Positions 26,819 to 50,204 of a DNA stretch of 64,000 bases are shown here, piece after piece. Position 1 is the stretch's first letter, and each line of letters opens with the position of its first letter. The translations under genes were made by a program, and so were the position numbers. The notes under the pieces are model-generated. The model had not been told where the DNA came from and did not search any database. It saw only the letters and a program-made list of their open reading frames with translations. This stretch comes from Spirogloea muscicola. Its lineage: Eukaryota. Where the stretch lies: contig WELB01000013.1 in assembly GCA_009602725.1 (NCBI GenBank), positions 188,464 through 252,463 of the forward strand, read 5' to 3'.

Positions 26819-29650
26819 CATGTCTGTCATGCCTGCCGAGAGCGGTGTGGGAAGCCGCATGGCGCCGATTGAGCTGGATGATGGCGCTGCCAGCACAGGA
26901 CCGCCGGCGGGGACCTCTGCCGGGGCCGGCGGCGGCAGCGGCGGCTGCGGCGCGGGCGCTCGGGCGACTGCGGGGCCCGCCGGGAGAGGCGTGGATGATG
27001 GTGCGGCGCGGGGGGAGCTCGAGGCTGCACGCGCTGGACAGCTGGCCGAGGCCACCAGCGGACAGCTGACCGAGGCCGCCGCCAGACAGCTGGCCGAGGC
27101 TGCCGCCGGCATCCACGGCGGCAGCGGCGGCGGCGGAGACGACGGGACCAAGGACGCGGCGCCGGCGCCGGAGACCGGTGCGGCGGCAGCGACGCCGCCG
27201 GCCGCCGCCGACGCGGTGGCGGCGGTGGCGGTGCGGCGGGGGTCGGGCCGGACGATCAAGCCCCGGCTGAGCCACATGATCGAGCACGGCGTCTTCCAGG
27301 AGGGTGAGCCACCGCCGCCGCCAAGCGTGCTCGGGCACCTGCCTCGGAGCCGCTCCTGCGTGACGCTGACGCCGTCGCTGCTGCAGGACAAGTATATACT
27401 ACTATCTCAACAAGGCAGTTAACCGGTTCTGAAAGCCCTAAAATTTTAAGGCTTTGAATTAGTTGATTGATTACTTGACAATTTGATAGCTGCGCTGTGG
27501 TGGTTGCGCAGGCGATCTGATCGTGTACCGCAGCTTCCCGGCGCGCATCACCAACCGGTCGCCGGACGTCGACAAGCGGCTGCGCGTGGAGCTGGACGCC
27601 GAGGAGGACGCCGGCGGCAGCGGTGGGGAGCCCATGCGGCCGACCCTGCTAGGGGCGCCGCTGGCGGCTCTGCAGGCCATGGACCGCGAGGACCGGGCGG
27701 CGCGGGACGCCGACGCGGCTGCCGGCGCCAAGCCCAGCCACAAGCTCGGCGCCAAGTTCCTGCTGCTGCAGGATGATGGGGCCGGCGGCGTCGGCGACCA
27801 GTACCTCCTCGTCTCCGCCTCCTTCTTCAAGCTCCTGGCGCTGTGGACGCTCGCCGGCTTCCCAGCCGATTTCACGTGGACGTCTGACCAGCACGCGTAC
27901 GACGACCGCGAGCTGCTGGTTGTCACGCAGGCCGGGCAGGCGCTCGAGGAGGCCGTGCCCATGAAGGCCATCCGCGACGAGTTTGCCGAGGAGGTCCGAT
28001 GGGACCATGCCCGCGGCGAGTGCGGCTGCTGGCCTCGCCACGACGGCTGGCGAACGCTCGTCCGCCAGTCCGACCCTGCCTTTGCCAGCCCGGGCGTCGG
28101 TGGCCTGGCCCGCAGCAACAGCAGCACCGGCCGGAGCTCGCCAGTGGCAGGTGGCGGCGTCCACCATGGTAACAGTGGCGCTGATTGGAGCTTACCAAGT
28201 GCGTCCAGTCCATCACCACCGTACGCCGCCACGGCTGCTGGGGCGGTGTGGCGGCAGGCGCTCTCGAGCAGCCCTACTGGCGGCAGGGCCACTCGGCCTG
28301 CCCTGGCGGCTCGGTCGCAGGCTGCCAGTGGCACAACGGGGAGGGCAGCCTCGTCGCTGAACATTGGGGCAGGTGGCAGGACCAGCGGCGGCGGCGGCGG
28401 CAGCGGCAGCGGCGGCAGCGGCGGTGGCGGCGGGATGAGGAAGGTCAGGGAGTACGAGCGTGCTGAGGATGCCGGGAGCCGCCTCGATGATGGCAGCGAC
28501 AGCTGCGTCGGCGTTGACGATGATGCATGGCAGGCCGGCAAGCGCAGGAGGCTCGACGGCGACCAGGTCGCTGCCTGGCAGCAACCGAAGGGACTGGCTA
28601 TTGCTGTACAAGGCACTTCTCCATCTGCTCTGTCGCCTGAGGATCACGGGGCCAACGGCAACGCCTGGCCGCAGAATGGCATTGCCACAAATAAAAGCAT
28701 CGCTAGCAACCACAGTGGGCGTGTCGGAGCGGGACTGCCGCCTTTCACTGCCCTTGGCTCGCAGCGGCCCACAAAGCTGCAGCTACCTGCTGCATCCCCG
28801 CGGCTGGCACCCTCCAGCAGCTCCCCCTCTTCAGCAACACTTTCAGAGGCCGCTGCAGCCTCGCGTAAGCTCTGCTGCCTTCTGCCAACATCATGCGCTG
28901 CCCCTAATATTCACACTGAAAGGCCATTGTCCTGCTCTGCCACTGCTGCTATCCCCGTTGCCGTTGCACGCACTCACGGATGGTGGTTGTCTGCACCAAC
29001 TCTGCTCTGCAGCCAGGGAGCAGTTTGTATTCAATATCAGCAAGTTTGCTGGGCGCCTGCGAACAATGGACTTTATTGAGCGGGCACGCACTGTCGGCAC
29101 GTCGCATGTTTCGGATGGCGGCAGCAGTGGGGGTGACGAGGCACGGCTGCAGCGGGAGCAGGAGCGTCGGCGTGTGGCCGCGGAGGAGTGCATGCCGTTG
29201 GCTGAGATCGGGCCGTTCATTGCTGGGCTGAGCCCGCTAATCGATCGGCGGGCAACCAAGCGGCAAAATGCGGAACAGGAGAGTCGGCTGGCAGAGCTGG
29301 AGGCCACTCTGTGCCGCGACGAGGGTGCACGCACCGCACTGCAGCGGAAATTTGCAGCTGCCGCAAACACGCTGTACAGGCAGCGCAGCTATTCAGCCAT
29401 CCGCGGCCTCTGCATCAAGCTAGCGATGGTCATAGAGGCTGATCGCAAGTGGGTCGGTCGCTTCGCGGCAATCACGCTAAAGGCTGTTGCTGAACGTGGC
29501 GGCCAGGAGCTCCTTGACGGCCTGCGGCAGGACCGCAACGTGCTACTTGTGCTTGACGCCCTGCGGAAAAAGTGGGGCCGCCGCAACTCCATGAATGCGC
29601 AGGACGGCGACCTCCTCATGCGTGCCCTGGGCGTTGGGAAGGGCCGCTGA
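26819..29650 (+). CDS. Uncharacterised protein, about 3 exons; start approximate
   Basis: Long GC3-rich ORFs are linked by a plausible intron (donor ~27304, acceptor ~27511: HGVFQEG|DLIVYRSF) and a second intron (~28865-29015). The C-terminal exon is helical, with a stop at 29650. No family confidently recognised. Confidence 0.6.
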
Positions 29651-30264
29651 CGGATTGCGGGCGGTGTCAAGCAAGCACTTAACTGCTCAGTGTGCTGGCA
29701 TTGGCTGTCACCTGGTGCACTGGGGCTTGGCCAAAGCCAGCGTGCCGGCGCTCGCTCATGCCTGCTGCAGCACTTGCAAACGCCCAGGGCACAGGCACTC
29801 CACCTGCACCCCATCCTGCAAGAGGCACTGCGTCGGATCCTAGCGCTGCATTGGCCCGAAAAGATGGCTCCTGTGCCAACGTCAGGAGCGTCCTGAACGA
29901 GCAGTGAACACCTTGCCAGTGGCAGGGGAGGGAGCGAGCAAGCAGGGCGAGTAGGGCGTTCTCAAGAGAAGAGGGGGGTGGGGGGTCGGTCGAATGCCAA
30001 CCACTTCAGCATGTATCATTCTTTATTCCACCTTGATTGGCAAAAGCTGCATCCTGTAGAACGCATGTCCAAGCGCGGGAGCCTAGCACTTAGCCAGCAT
30101 GACTAAGTGCTGCAGTCCTAGAGCAGAATGCCGTGTAAGGCTAGGACTAGGAATTTGATACTGATGCCCGAAATTAAGGCTTTGCGCTTGAGCGGAGCTA
30201 CCTCTTCTTTGTCACGGCTCAGCAGCCTTTGGCCAAAATCCACATTCTTGCTTGCATAGAAAAG

Positions 30265-33200
30265 TCATCCTCCTCGTTGCCGCGCCGCTATTAGCTGCAT
30301 CGCCAGGGCTTCCTGCTCCGCAATCGACAGATCGCGCACGGCAACGTCCTTCCGCTGCAGCGCTGGCACCCGCCGCTTGGTGCTATTGCTCCTGTCACCT
30401 AAAGCTTCACCGTTCTCATTCGCGTCGGTCACCACAGTCTGCTCGTCGTACTCAAGCTCTTCGTCCTCGTCGCCACTGGAGGCCCCACCGGTGCCAAGTA
30501 CGACGCTGCCGCCGCTGCCCGCCTCGTCTGCACGCAGCCCCTTGGCTTTAAGCTTTGCCCGGACTCGCCGCTCCCGCAACTTCTGCCGCTCCAGTACCCG
30601 GTCCTGGGCATCACGCCGCCTCATCTCCGCTTGCAAGCGGCGGAAGCGCTCAGCTGTGGCCGCCACAATGTCCTCCTCCTCACCTGCAGACAGATCGCGC
30701 AAACTCTTTCTCAGCAACGCAAACAAGACCCTCAGTGTGAATAAGCAACCAGCAGGATGTATCACAGATGGGTAGGAAGAAGGACAATCAGACTACGCAT
30801 TTGCCGCTACTTGCCAACAAGCTGCTCACCACCACTGGGCCCAGCAGCAGCCAGGGCCGCAAGGGGCTGCATGGCATTGCCCTCCTCGTCAAAGACCAGC
30901 CGATTGCTTTTGCCATCCTCTAGGCGGATCTTGAGCTTCTTCTTCCTCTTCCGCGTAATGAGAGTGTCCAGCACCCTGAAGAGTCTCACAATAACTTTGT
31001 TCATTAGCTCACAAGTGCTTCTCTGATTGATGACCAACAATGCATACCAAATACTCAAGTTTGACCTTACACAGACATAGATACCCAAAAAATTTCTCTT
31101 AAGCCAATCTCACTAGCCCATCAACTGCCTCTCCATGTCACCTTTTATCAGAATCAAGTACAAATAGCCTAGTGAAGTACCTGCTGGCTGCTCCGTTCTG
31201 CTCCCTTGCCTCACCATCCAAACTATGGTCCACCCGCTTGATCCTCAAGAAATCAGCATCATCCCCTTCTGCGTCACGCTCAAGCTTGCAAGCACTGGCT
31301 GAGCTCGAAGCTCCCGCTGCACCACCTTCTCTCGCTTGCTCCTTCTTTGAACGCTTGCGCTTCTCACCACCTGTGCGAACATTGACCTCACCACCCTCAG
31401 CAGTGCCATCCTCTAGCCTCTGCAGTGCTTGGCTGAGCTTGAGGCTCAGGTCGCTGGCCCCCGCCTCAGCAGTAACCAGGCTGCTGGGACTGTCAGGGCC
31501 GTCTTTCCTTCTGACTCGATTGCCTGCCGGCTCATCATTTGCTGAGCCGCTCTGCACGTCATCGCCTTTCACAACTTGCACAGGCCTCTTGCTGCCAATC
31601 TGAGGTTCAGCCAAATGCAGGTCCTGGCTGGCATCGAGAGCGGCCGCCTCTTTCTCAAGAGCCAGCTTCTTCTGGCCCTTCTTTAGGAAGCGCACAGTTG
31701 GCGCAGTGGGGAGGCCCATGGATGCTGCGAACTCCGCATGCGGCAGCTTGGCCACATCAAAGACCTCCTTGTTCCTCTGGCAAACGAGAGCCTTGATGGT
31801 AAGCTGCTAGAAAGCCAAGTCTTTTGCTGCACAAGCAGATGATGAATGTCTTGGACATGGTCTACAGACAGGTTGTTCAGTAGTCAAAATGTGCATCTCA
31901 GGATCAAGCTCGCAGTCTGCAGTACATTCTCGGATCCAGCGCTGCTGTGCCAGCTCTCATCTGGCACTGTGTTGCTAAGACTACCTGCAGGTGTATGGAG
32001 CGGAGGTAAGTGACAAAGGCGCGCTGCGCCAGGTACTTCAGGTCCGCATCCTTTGCAAGGAGGCCAGCAAGCGCTGCTGAGATCTCCTGCATCTTTGCAG
32101 GGTTGGCCTGCGCAAGGTTGGCCCACGACTATTTGCATCAAAATAAAGTCACAGTATGCTCATATGCAATGGCTCAATTCCTCTCGGGTCTGTCGGCAAG
32201 CCTGGTGGCTTTCAGTGTCACCTTGGTGACCTTGAATGGAATCTTGGCCGCCTCAAGCGCCGGCAGCATACCCTTCTCCGATGGGCAAAGGAAGAGGAGC
32301 GACTTCCCGCTGGCCGTATAACGTGCAGTACGGCCAACTCGGTGTATGTAGCTCGCAACCTCGTCTGGGCAGTCCGTCTGCAACATCCAGTGATTGACTA
32401 CACTAAGCCTCCAACTTGAAAGCGGATGAAAGCACAGAACTTATACAGCAATTGCATGTATCAACAAGACTTCAACATTGCTTGCAGCTATGAAAGGGCC
32501 CACTGTGAGCTCCTGCAATTGGATCTTGAAGCGTGAACCCTGGTGCACAACCTCTACCCTCGATTTCAGACCCTAAACCATGCCTTTGGACTTATTTGTG
32601 ACATGCTTAGTGCTCATGAGCTCATGGGTCCTATTTTCTGCACAGCATCTGCACCTGGACAACCCAGTCCACCTGGGGGAAGTCCAAGCCGCGCGCTGCA
32701 ACGTCAGTGCAGAAGAGGACAGCGCTTTTGGTGCCACAGAACTCCTCATAAGTCGCCATGCGAGCAATCTGCTTCATTCGGCCGTGCAGACACTTGAGCG
32801 GCGTGCCTGGCCGCAGCCGCCGGAATGACTCGTGCACAAACTTGACCTGTGCCAGGTGGAAACCCAAGGCAGCAAATAAGCAAGTGGGAATTGTTTTTGC
32901 AACATTCTACCAGTTGCAGGATAAGAGTGAGAGGGAGCCGCCAAGTATGGAGCAACTTCTCGTGTGCCGACAGCAGGATGGCGAGTGTCTTGTACCTGCT
33001 TGCAGCTTGACAGGAAGACGAGCATCTTGGCGTGGAGGTGCGTGCGTATGAAACTCCAGAGCATGTCAAGCTTCCGGGCCAGCGGGACGAGCATGACTGT
33101 CTGCTGCAGGCGTGCTGGGGTTGCTGTTGCAGCCTCTGCGTGTACAGCAATGTACTCGGGGTCTCGCAGGCTGAGCCGAGCGAGGTCCTTCACCGACTTA

Positions 33201-34620
33201 GTCTGCGTCGCCGAAAAGAGCAGCGTCTGGCGCTGGCGCGGCAGGTTCGCCAGGATGGCGTCCAGTGCCTCGCGGAAGCCCAGGTCCAGGATGCGGTCCG
33301 CCTCGTCGAGCACGAGCACCTGCCAGGCAGATGGCATGCCTTTTAACCATCACCCAAAGCTGATCCAATGGCATCTCATTGACACTGCCTGTGTAACACT
33401 AGGTCCAAAGAGAAACTTCATCAGCAGTCAATGTTTAGAAAAACGACTCAGCACATCTGTGCTGAGGCGTCAGAAGAAGATCAAAACTAGGGCTTACAGC
33501 TGAGGGGAAGGACAAAGTCATACACTGACCACTACAGGCGCCCTTTGCAGCTACGTGCAACATGTTTTACAAAGCGAGAGCACAAAAGCCAGAGTTGTGT
33601 ACTTAGGATCTAAGAATTCAGTGGTTGAGAATGGATGTTGAGGCCGCGCCTGCAGCTGGGAGCAGTCAAAGTTGGGCGTCTCGTCCATGTGCTGTAGGAG
33701 GCGACCCGGCGTGGCGATGATGACGTTGAGGCCGCCGACACGGTCGCGTTCGCCCGCCAGCGTGCCGCGCTTGCCACCGACCAGCAGCCCGCCGCTGAGG
33801 CCGTGGTGCTTGCCCGCACGCTGCAGCTCGTGGAAGATCTGCAGCGCAAGCTCGCGCGTTGGCGAGATGACGATCGCTCCCACGCCGTCCATGGCACCCC
33901 AGCGCTGGCGATAGAGGCGCTCCAGGACCTGTGTGAGCACAGCACACGGAGCAATGGTGGCAGCTGAGGCTGCCAACGTCCCTCAGCTGCCCGTTTGTGG
34001 GCGCTGTGGCCAGCCGAGCGCACAGAAGGCCAAACCCAAACCCTTAAAGCCCAGAAAAAGGAACCCACCGGAATCAGGAAAGCGAGCGTCTTGCCGGAGC
34101 CCGTCTTGGCCGCGCCCAGCACATCGCGGCCGCACAGCGCGTGCGGCAGCGCCGCGCGCTGGATGGCCGTCATCGTCAAGTACTTGGCCTCCTGCAGCCG
34201 AGGGCCCAATCGACGACGGATTCAGCACTCGTAACTCCACCTCTGCAGTATGGAGCCGCTCGGGCGGCCTCTTAGCTCGACCACGAGCTCCCTGAGCAGG
34301 TGCGATGGCGGCGAGGAGGCTGGTCTGCGGCCTCAGCGGCCGCCGAAGCAAAGATGCGAACTCCACGGAGCAAGCATAACGACTGCGGCTGCTGATAGTA
34401 AATCAGCGGCTATGTACAATAGCCAGCCGGGAGCATACAGAGGGTGAGGAGGTGAGTCGGGGGGAGTTGTAGGATAACGCCGGCACCGCCTGCTCGGCCG
34501 CCGCACCTTGAGCCCGGACAGCGTGCGCTGCGAGAGCGGGAGGCCCGCGAACAGCCGGGCGCCGGCGTACGACGGCATCTCGGCCTCGCCGCCGCCGCCG
34601 CCGCCGCCGCCGGCCTGGCG
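30265..34620 (-). CDS. DDX10: DEAD-box RNA helicase DBP4/DDX10 (plant RH32-like), multi-exon; 5' end in gap
   Basis: Q motif [113 protein letters not shown]. Confidence 0.92.
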
Positions 34621-34965
34621 NNNNNNNNNNNNNNNNNNNNNNNNNNNNNNNNNNNNNNNNNNNNNNNNNNNNNNNNNNNNNNNNNNNNNNNNNNNNNNNN
34701 NNNNNNNNNNNNNNNNNNNNNNNNNNNNNNNNNNNNNNNNNNNNNNNNNNNNNNNNNNNNNNNNNNNNNNNNNNNNNNNNNNNNNNNNNNNNNNNNNNNN
34801 NNNNNNNNNNNNNNNNNNNNNNNNNNNNNNNNNNNNNNNNNNNNNNNNNNNNNNNNNNNNNNNNNNNNNNNNNNNNNNNNNNNNNNNNNNNNNNNNNNNN
34901 NNNNNNNNNNNNNNNNNNNNNNNNNNNNNNNNNNNNNNNNNNNNNNNNNNNNNNNNNNNNNNNNN

Positions 34966-35200
34966 GTAGCAGGACACCAGACCCAAAGGCACCGAGCCAC
35001 CGGGAAGGGCAGCACCCTGCTCCCGGCGCCGCTGGTCAGCTTGAGAGGCCAGCAGCGAAAGTAACGAGGACCACCGACCCCCGTAACACCCATGGATGTC
35101 CATGGCCAGGGGGTAAAAGGTATCACCCGCCGGGTGGTCCTTGTACTTGTGCAGCTTCTTCCGTTCGGCTACCTTCACAGCGTAGCCGGTCTCAGAAGTA
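34966..35200 (-). mobile_element. Diverged RLE endonuclease fragment of a CRE-like element (distinct subfamily)
   Basis: GYAVKVAERKKLHKYKDHPAGDTFYPLAMDIHGCYGGRWSSLLSLLA aligns by eye with GHAARGKERKYADHPVGDEFAALAMDVHGAFGSRWLDLLQRLA. Confidence 0.75.
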
Positions 35201-35699
35201 ATGGGCAAGGAAGCTGCGGACGGAGTTAGCTTCAGCGGCCCGTCAGCGAGAACGTCATCTCAGACCCCCTTCAGCACTGCGTCAGCCAGCGTCAGCACCA
35301 TCAACAGCAGAAGCGCCTGCATGAAGAGGAAGTACTTCTCGGGAGAGGAGGGGTGGCCACCAAAGGCCGAGGACAATGAGGTCTCGGGAGGACCCCAACA
35401 TGAAATGGCGTCACTCAGCATCAAGTACTTGCACCGTCCTTGCACGTTCGCTTTGGAAATAGCGTGTCATTGGTCAGTCACAAGTCCGCGGCATGCGCCC
35501 ACGTTTGGGTGGCGCTGTTGGGGAGGAATTGCAGTAGCAGTGCGCATCGTCCATCTTCCCTCCTAGGTTTTTGGCAAGGAGTCTAGGTAGCTCACACCGG
35601 CCCATGCCATGCCTGTACTCGTCTGAGGAGGTACGACTCTCTACTGTAGCTACATAGGCTGCAACGCTTACCTACCCGTACACTATCACTCCCTCGGTG

Positions 35700-36545
35700 A
35701 AATGTCGAATCAAGAAAGACAGTGGCTCTCCAATTGGGGCGAGGGGTGTGAACAGCCAGCCCGAAAAGAATTGACAAAAGGTTTGACATCGATTTGGGCA
35801 AAAACTGGCCACAATTCCTCGGGGTTTGCCAATCACAATGTGCTCAAAGTGCAGGGAACCTTCTGTCGTATCCTGCTTCACTGAACTTATTGCTTTGGTG
35901 TTGTTGCCGTTCCCTTCAGGGATTACAGCGAATGGGAGATTAGAAATCCCGAGTCAGCAGCCGCAAGACAGACTAATCCGAAGAAAGTGCTTTTCCAAAG
36001 AAGGTTGGGGCTGATAGTTCGCACTTGGAAAAGAGACACCGAAACTCAGAAGTAGCTGCCAAAGTGCGGCCTGCCCGCAAGTGCACTGCGTGAGCCTGGG
36101 GCCGTTGGAAGGAAATTGATAGCTGCATGCAGAACACCAAGGGAATACATCAAGGGAACTTCTTTCCGGCCGCTAGCGTTTCAGACTTGCAGTTGTTAAC
36201 TAGAGGTTACTACGTGATTATCCTACATGGTACTTGCTTAAGAATGTGTTGCAGCACTTTTCGGCCCCTTTGGACCTTGTCCATTCTTCTCGAGCTGGCT
36301 CGTCACAGCCCTCAGCCTTTTGGATGAGCTTACTCTCTTCTTTACAGCCGCGCTTTCAGCATTCTGCTAGAAGGCTTGTTACTCTATGAATGAATTCAAG
36401 CCTATACATTGTCCAGGCAAAGTCTAGAGCAGACTAGACAAGGCTACAATATACGGTGCCCTATGCTAAGAAGACAGGGCTCGCCCATTGAGGATAAGGG
36501 CTGGAAAAAGCCAGCCCAAAAAAGGGTGAACAGTGGGAAAGGCTT
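35700..36545. mobile_element. Small CRE-like 3'-end fragments and 3' motif copies between the divergent DDX10 and GCN2 starts
   Basis: Motif at 35720-35790 (-), RAGR-type fragment at ~36030-36100 (-), FPAASVSDLQLLTRGY plus motif at 36160-36315 (+), motif at 36475-36535 (-). Confidence 0.65.
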
Positions 36546-36657
36546 CTTCGCTTGCACCAGGCCTCTGCCGCCGCCGCCGCGCCCCTCGGCGTGACCGCTG
36601 CAGCGGCGGCGCGGAGGCAGCAGTGGTGGCTGCAGCAGCATATGTCGCGGCAGAGAC

Positions 36658-46915
<10,258 letters not shown>

Positions 46916-47988
46916 AGCCATCCCTCACTGCCATCTGCCAGTGGTTGCCACAAAGTGCGCTCATGATAATCTGAAATATCTCACGCTTCCGACTTCTGGA
47001 GAATTCTGGTGGCGCATGTTACTTTTGTTGCAAAGCGAGTACGAATGCTTGACTTTCCCTTTCACTGTCTACCCTTCTGCTCATGAGTAACTGGCTGTCT
47101 GATCGTAGCCCCCTGCTGCAGTTGCCCTGTCTTCTTGCGTATCTGGCAAGCACCCAGCAAAACAAGAGTTCAAGAAGACAAGGACCTCTGCATTGCTTCT
47201 TCTTCTGTCAAAGTGTCTGAGCTGCTCTTCTGTGTGACTTCAATTATAATGTGCTTTGCAAGCTATGCTACCTTGAAGCAGGAGTGGCGGGCAACTTGAT
47301 AGCAGCATGATGACTTATGAAGCTCCTCAAGGGCAACTACCAGCAAACCATCAACAAGGGTTATCAGAGACCACTCCAACACGAAGAGGGACAACAGAAC
47401 AAGGACGCCATGAGCTTCGAGTGACCTTAGGGTGGAGGGTAAGCAATCCTGGTAAGCAGTCTAATCTGCCATCAGCCGCCAGAGTAGGACAGACGTTGGT
47501 CAAATTCTGCTCAAAGATGTAGGTCCAAGTTGCCAGGCAATCAGGTTATCTAGCTAGGGATCTATGTTGGTGACTAAGTACATGATATTGCACTTTCATT
47601 ACTTTGTATATAGAAGCATACAGCTGTAATACGAAAGTTAAATTAATGGGGCCGCTTCTTCTATGTTGTTGTGTACAGCAGCAGCTTTTGATCATCCAGA
47701 TCAGCAACTGTTAAAGACACAACTACGTGTCAATTCAATAAAACAAGGTAATTTTATTTGTCGCTATGGATACATGTATTATTTGTATCACAGGGGCCAA
47801 TGTGGCCATACTAACACCTTGCTCCTGACAAAAATCTCCTATTTACCACCTTGCCATGGGCAGGGGCATGGGTAAAGCGACTGCAATGAGGGAAGACTGC
47901 TGATGGGCAGTTCAGAGTGAGCAGGCTTCAGCAGTAAGACTCGCACAAAGTGGTGCACAGGGTGTAGGTGCCGAGCACCAGAACGCCG

Positions 47989-50069
47989 TCAGCTGGCCTC
48001 AATCACCCGGTGAAAGAACGCGAAGTACCAGAGGAGGTCATCATAGCAGTGGCAAGCAGATGCAGTGCCGCTATGCGCCTCAGGCGCATGCCACTGTCGG
48101 CAAAAATGCCAGATGGCCTCGATGGTGCTCAGGCCTTCCTCTGGGACGCCCTTGGTGTGGTACCTCCAATAGCTCGACCGCAAGCTGCTACTGCCAGTGC
48201 TTCCGCTGCCAAGCCGCCAGCGTGTGCAACCTGCCAGCTGCGGGAGGTCCAGGATGGCGCCGCACCCGCTCCACTGGTCCATATTGGGGCCCACATCAGG
48301 TCAAGCAATCAGCAAGCTCTTGGACTTTGCTGTATTTCCTGCAATCCTGAGGACTACGGTGGGGCAGCGGCTGATTCATGGCAAATGAAGTGCTTGCGGG
48401 CAGATTGATTACCTTGGACTCAACAACAACGACACGAGTGACGGAGCTTCGCTGCACCACATCCATGGCAATGGCATCAGCTGAAGGGAAGAGGACCACG
48501 GTCGAAGTGGGGTCAAAATGTGGGACGGTACTGCCATTGCCCTCCACTGCGTCGTGGACCTCCACCTGCCCGGGGCAGAGTATCGCCGCCTGCACGCCCG
48601 TGCTCATCGTCCGACTCTCCCGCTTGTGCAGCACACTGTCCATGATGCGGCATCTCCAAGTTAGGTGTGCCATAGTCAGGCCACACCCGAACTTCGGGCT
48701 TGCTTGCACGCAGGCCGCACCAAAGGCCAGAGGCAGCCCCTCATCTGCTTGACATTTCAAATCTAAATCCTGACCCTGACCCCATTTCAGACTGTGGATC
48801 TGCTACTGCAAGGACCTTGGGAGCGTGGCATCAGCTAGGAGCGAAAGACTGCTACAGAACTTTTCAGCACCACCACAGTGTGGGGCATCAACTGAACTAT
48901 GCGGTGCATCACCTGCCGCAACTCCCATACCAAACCCATAAAAGCAGCTAAGTGCGTGCTGCTTCGAGCAGACCGGCCAGACGAGCAGAAAAGCAGAGGA
49001 TACGAGAGCTAGCAGACAGCATTGCCAGCAGCTCCTTGGGCCAAGGAAAACGGTGACAGCGACTGCAGGAGAGGCGCAGTGGCAACTCAGGGAGCTTGCG
49101 GATGAGGGCAAATGCATAACGTGACAGGAGTGGCCTCAGTCCGTCCTAGAACGCTTGTCGACATTGAAGGCGCAGAGGCCCGCATCCGACATATGCTTGT
49201 CAGATACGTTGTTTCGTCGTCATCGGCCACGCCACGAGCACCTCAAGCTCAAGACCACTCTCGTCAGGTCCCCCTAGACTCTGGCCCCTTCGCCTGGGTG
49301 AGAATACAACCACGCCGCACCTACCAGCAAAGAACTTGTGGGCTCTGACTACCGCAAAGCTCGCAACAGCTGCTCACACCCGGTAAGGCTTTACGACACT
49401 CAAACAGGGGCTGTGCATGCAGCCTGCATTAGGCTTGGAATCAGGCCCATCTTTGGGCGTGCCGGAAAGCGGTCACTCCTCCACTGCGATCCCCGCCGGC
49501 CAGAAGCAGTGGGCGAGCCGCGCAGCGGCAAGCGAGGCCTTGCTGTGGCACTACCGAATCAGCTGTAAGAGCCGCCAGCGAAGGATGGAGCGAAGAAAGC
49601 GCCGGCGGCTACTTCGACACGAGGCTCGGGCTTGCGAGGGTGCGAAGCGGCTTACTCCGGACGTACATGTCAACTCGCAGCGGCAGGGCCACGCACGGGA
49701 CGCCGTCGGTCAAGGCCTGCGGCAGCGGCGGCGACGGCGGCGGCAGCGGCGGCAACAGCAGCGGCGCCGTCAGCGGTGCAGCAGCAACGATAGGCGCGGG
49801 ATGGCAGGGCTTGAGGGGTAAGAAGCAGAGGGTTAAAGCTCCAGAGCGGCGGAGGACTTGGGGTTTTCCGGGTTCTACTGGATCTGGGCAAAGCGATACC
49901 AGGAGGCAGGTCGCGCAGAAGAAGCGGCGCGAGATGCCGCAGCCGGGGCAGCGCGGCCGCGCGCCCGCGGCTGCCGCGGCGCGCTCGAGCGGCGCCGCGN
50001 GCCCGCCGAGAGCGGCGGCGGCTCCGCCGGCGGCGGCTCCGCCGGCGGCGGCTGCGTCGTGGAGCCCAT
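47989..50069 (-). CDS. DTWD1: DTW domain protein, DTWD1-like tRNA-uridine aminocarboxypropyltransferase, 4 exons
   Basis: CPGCGISRRFFCATCLL|ALTDGVPCVALPLRVDI|VLHKRESRTMSTGVQAAILCP...VVLFPSADA...VVVVESK|W...YWRYHTKGVPEEGLSTIEAIWHF...YDDLLWYF. ATG at 50069, stop at 47989. Confidence 0.82.
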
Positions 50070-50204
50070 GGGCGAGTAGGGAACCCAGAACCTCGGCGAG
50101 GTGGTGTGTGGGCGCCAGCTCCCGTCAGCGTGCACCCGACGACATGACGCCCGGCGGCTGGTGACGCCCCGCCCCGGAGTAGCTGCCTGGGCGCCGGCCC
50201 CGGG

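Noticed and set aside
48636..49666. Exon-like segments inside the unusually long (~1 kb) DTWD1 intron
   Set aside because: Direct splicing of VDI|VLHKRE already gives the conserved motif spacing, and the internal segments show no homology I can recognise.
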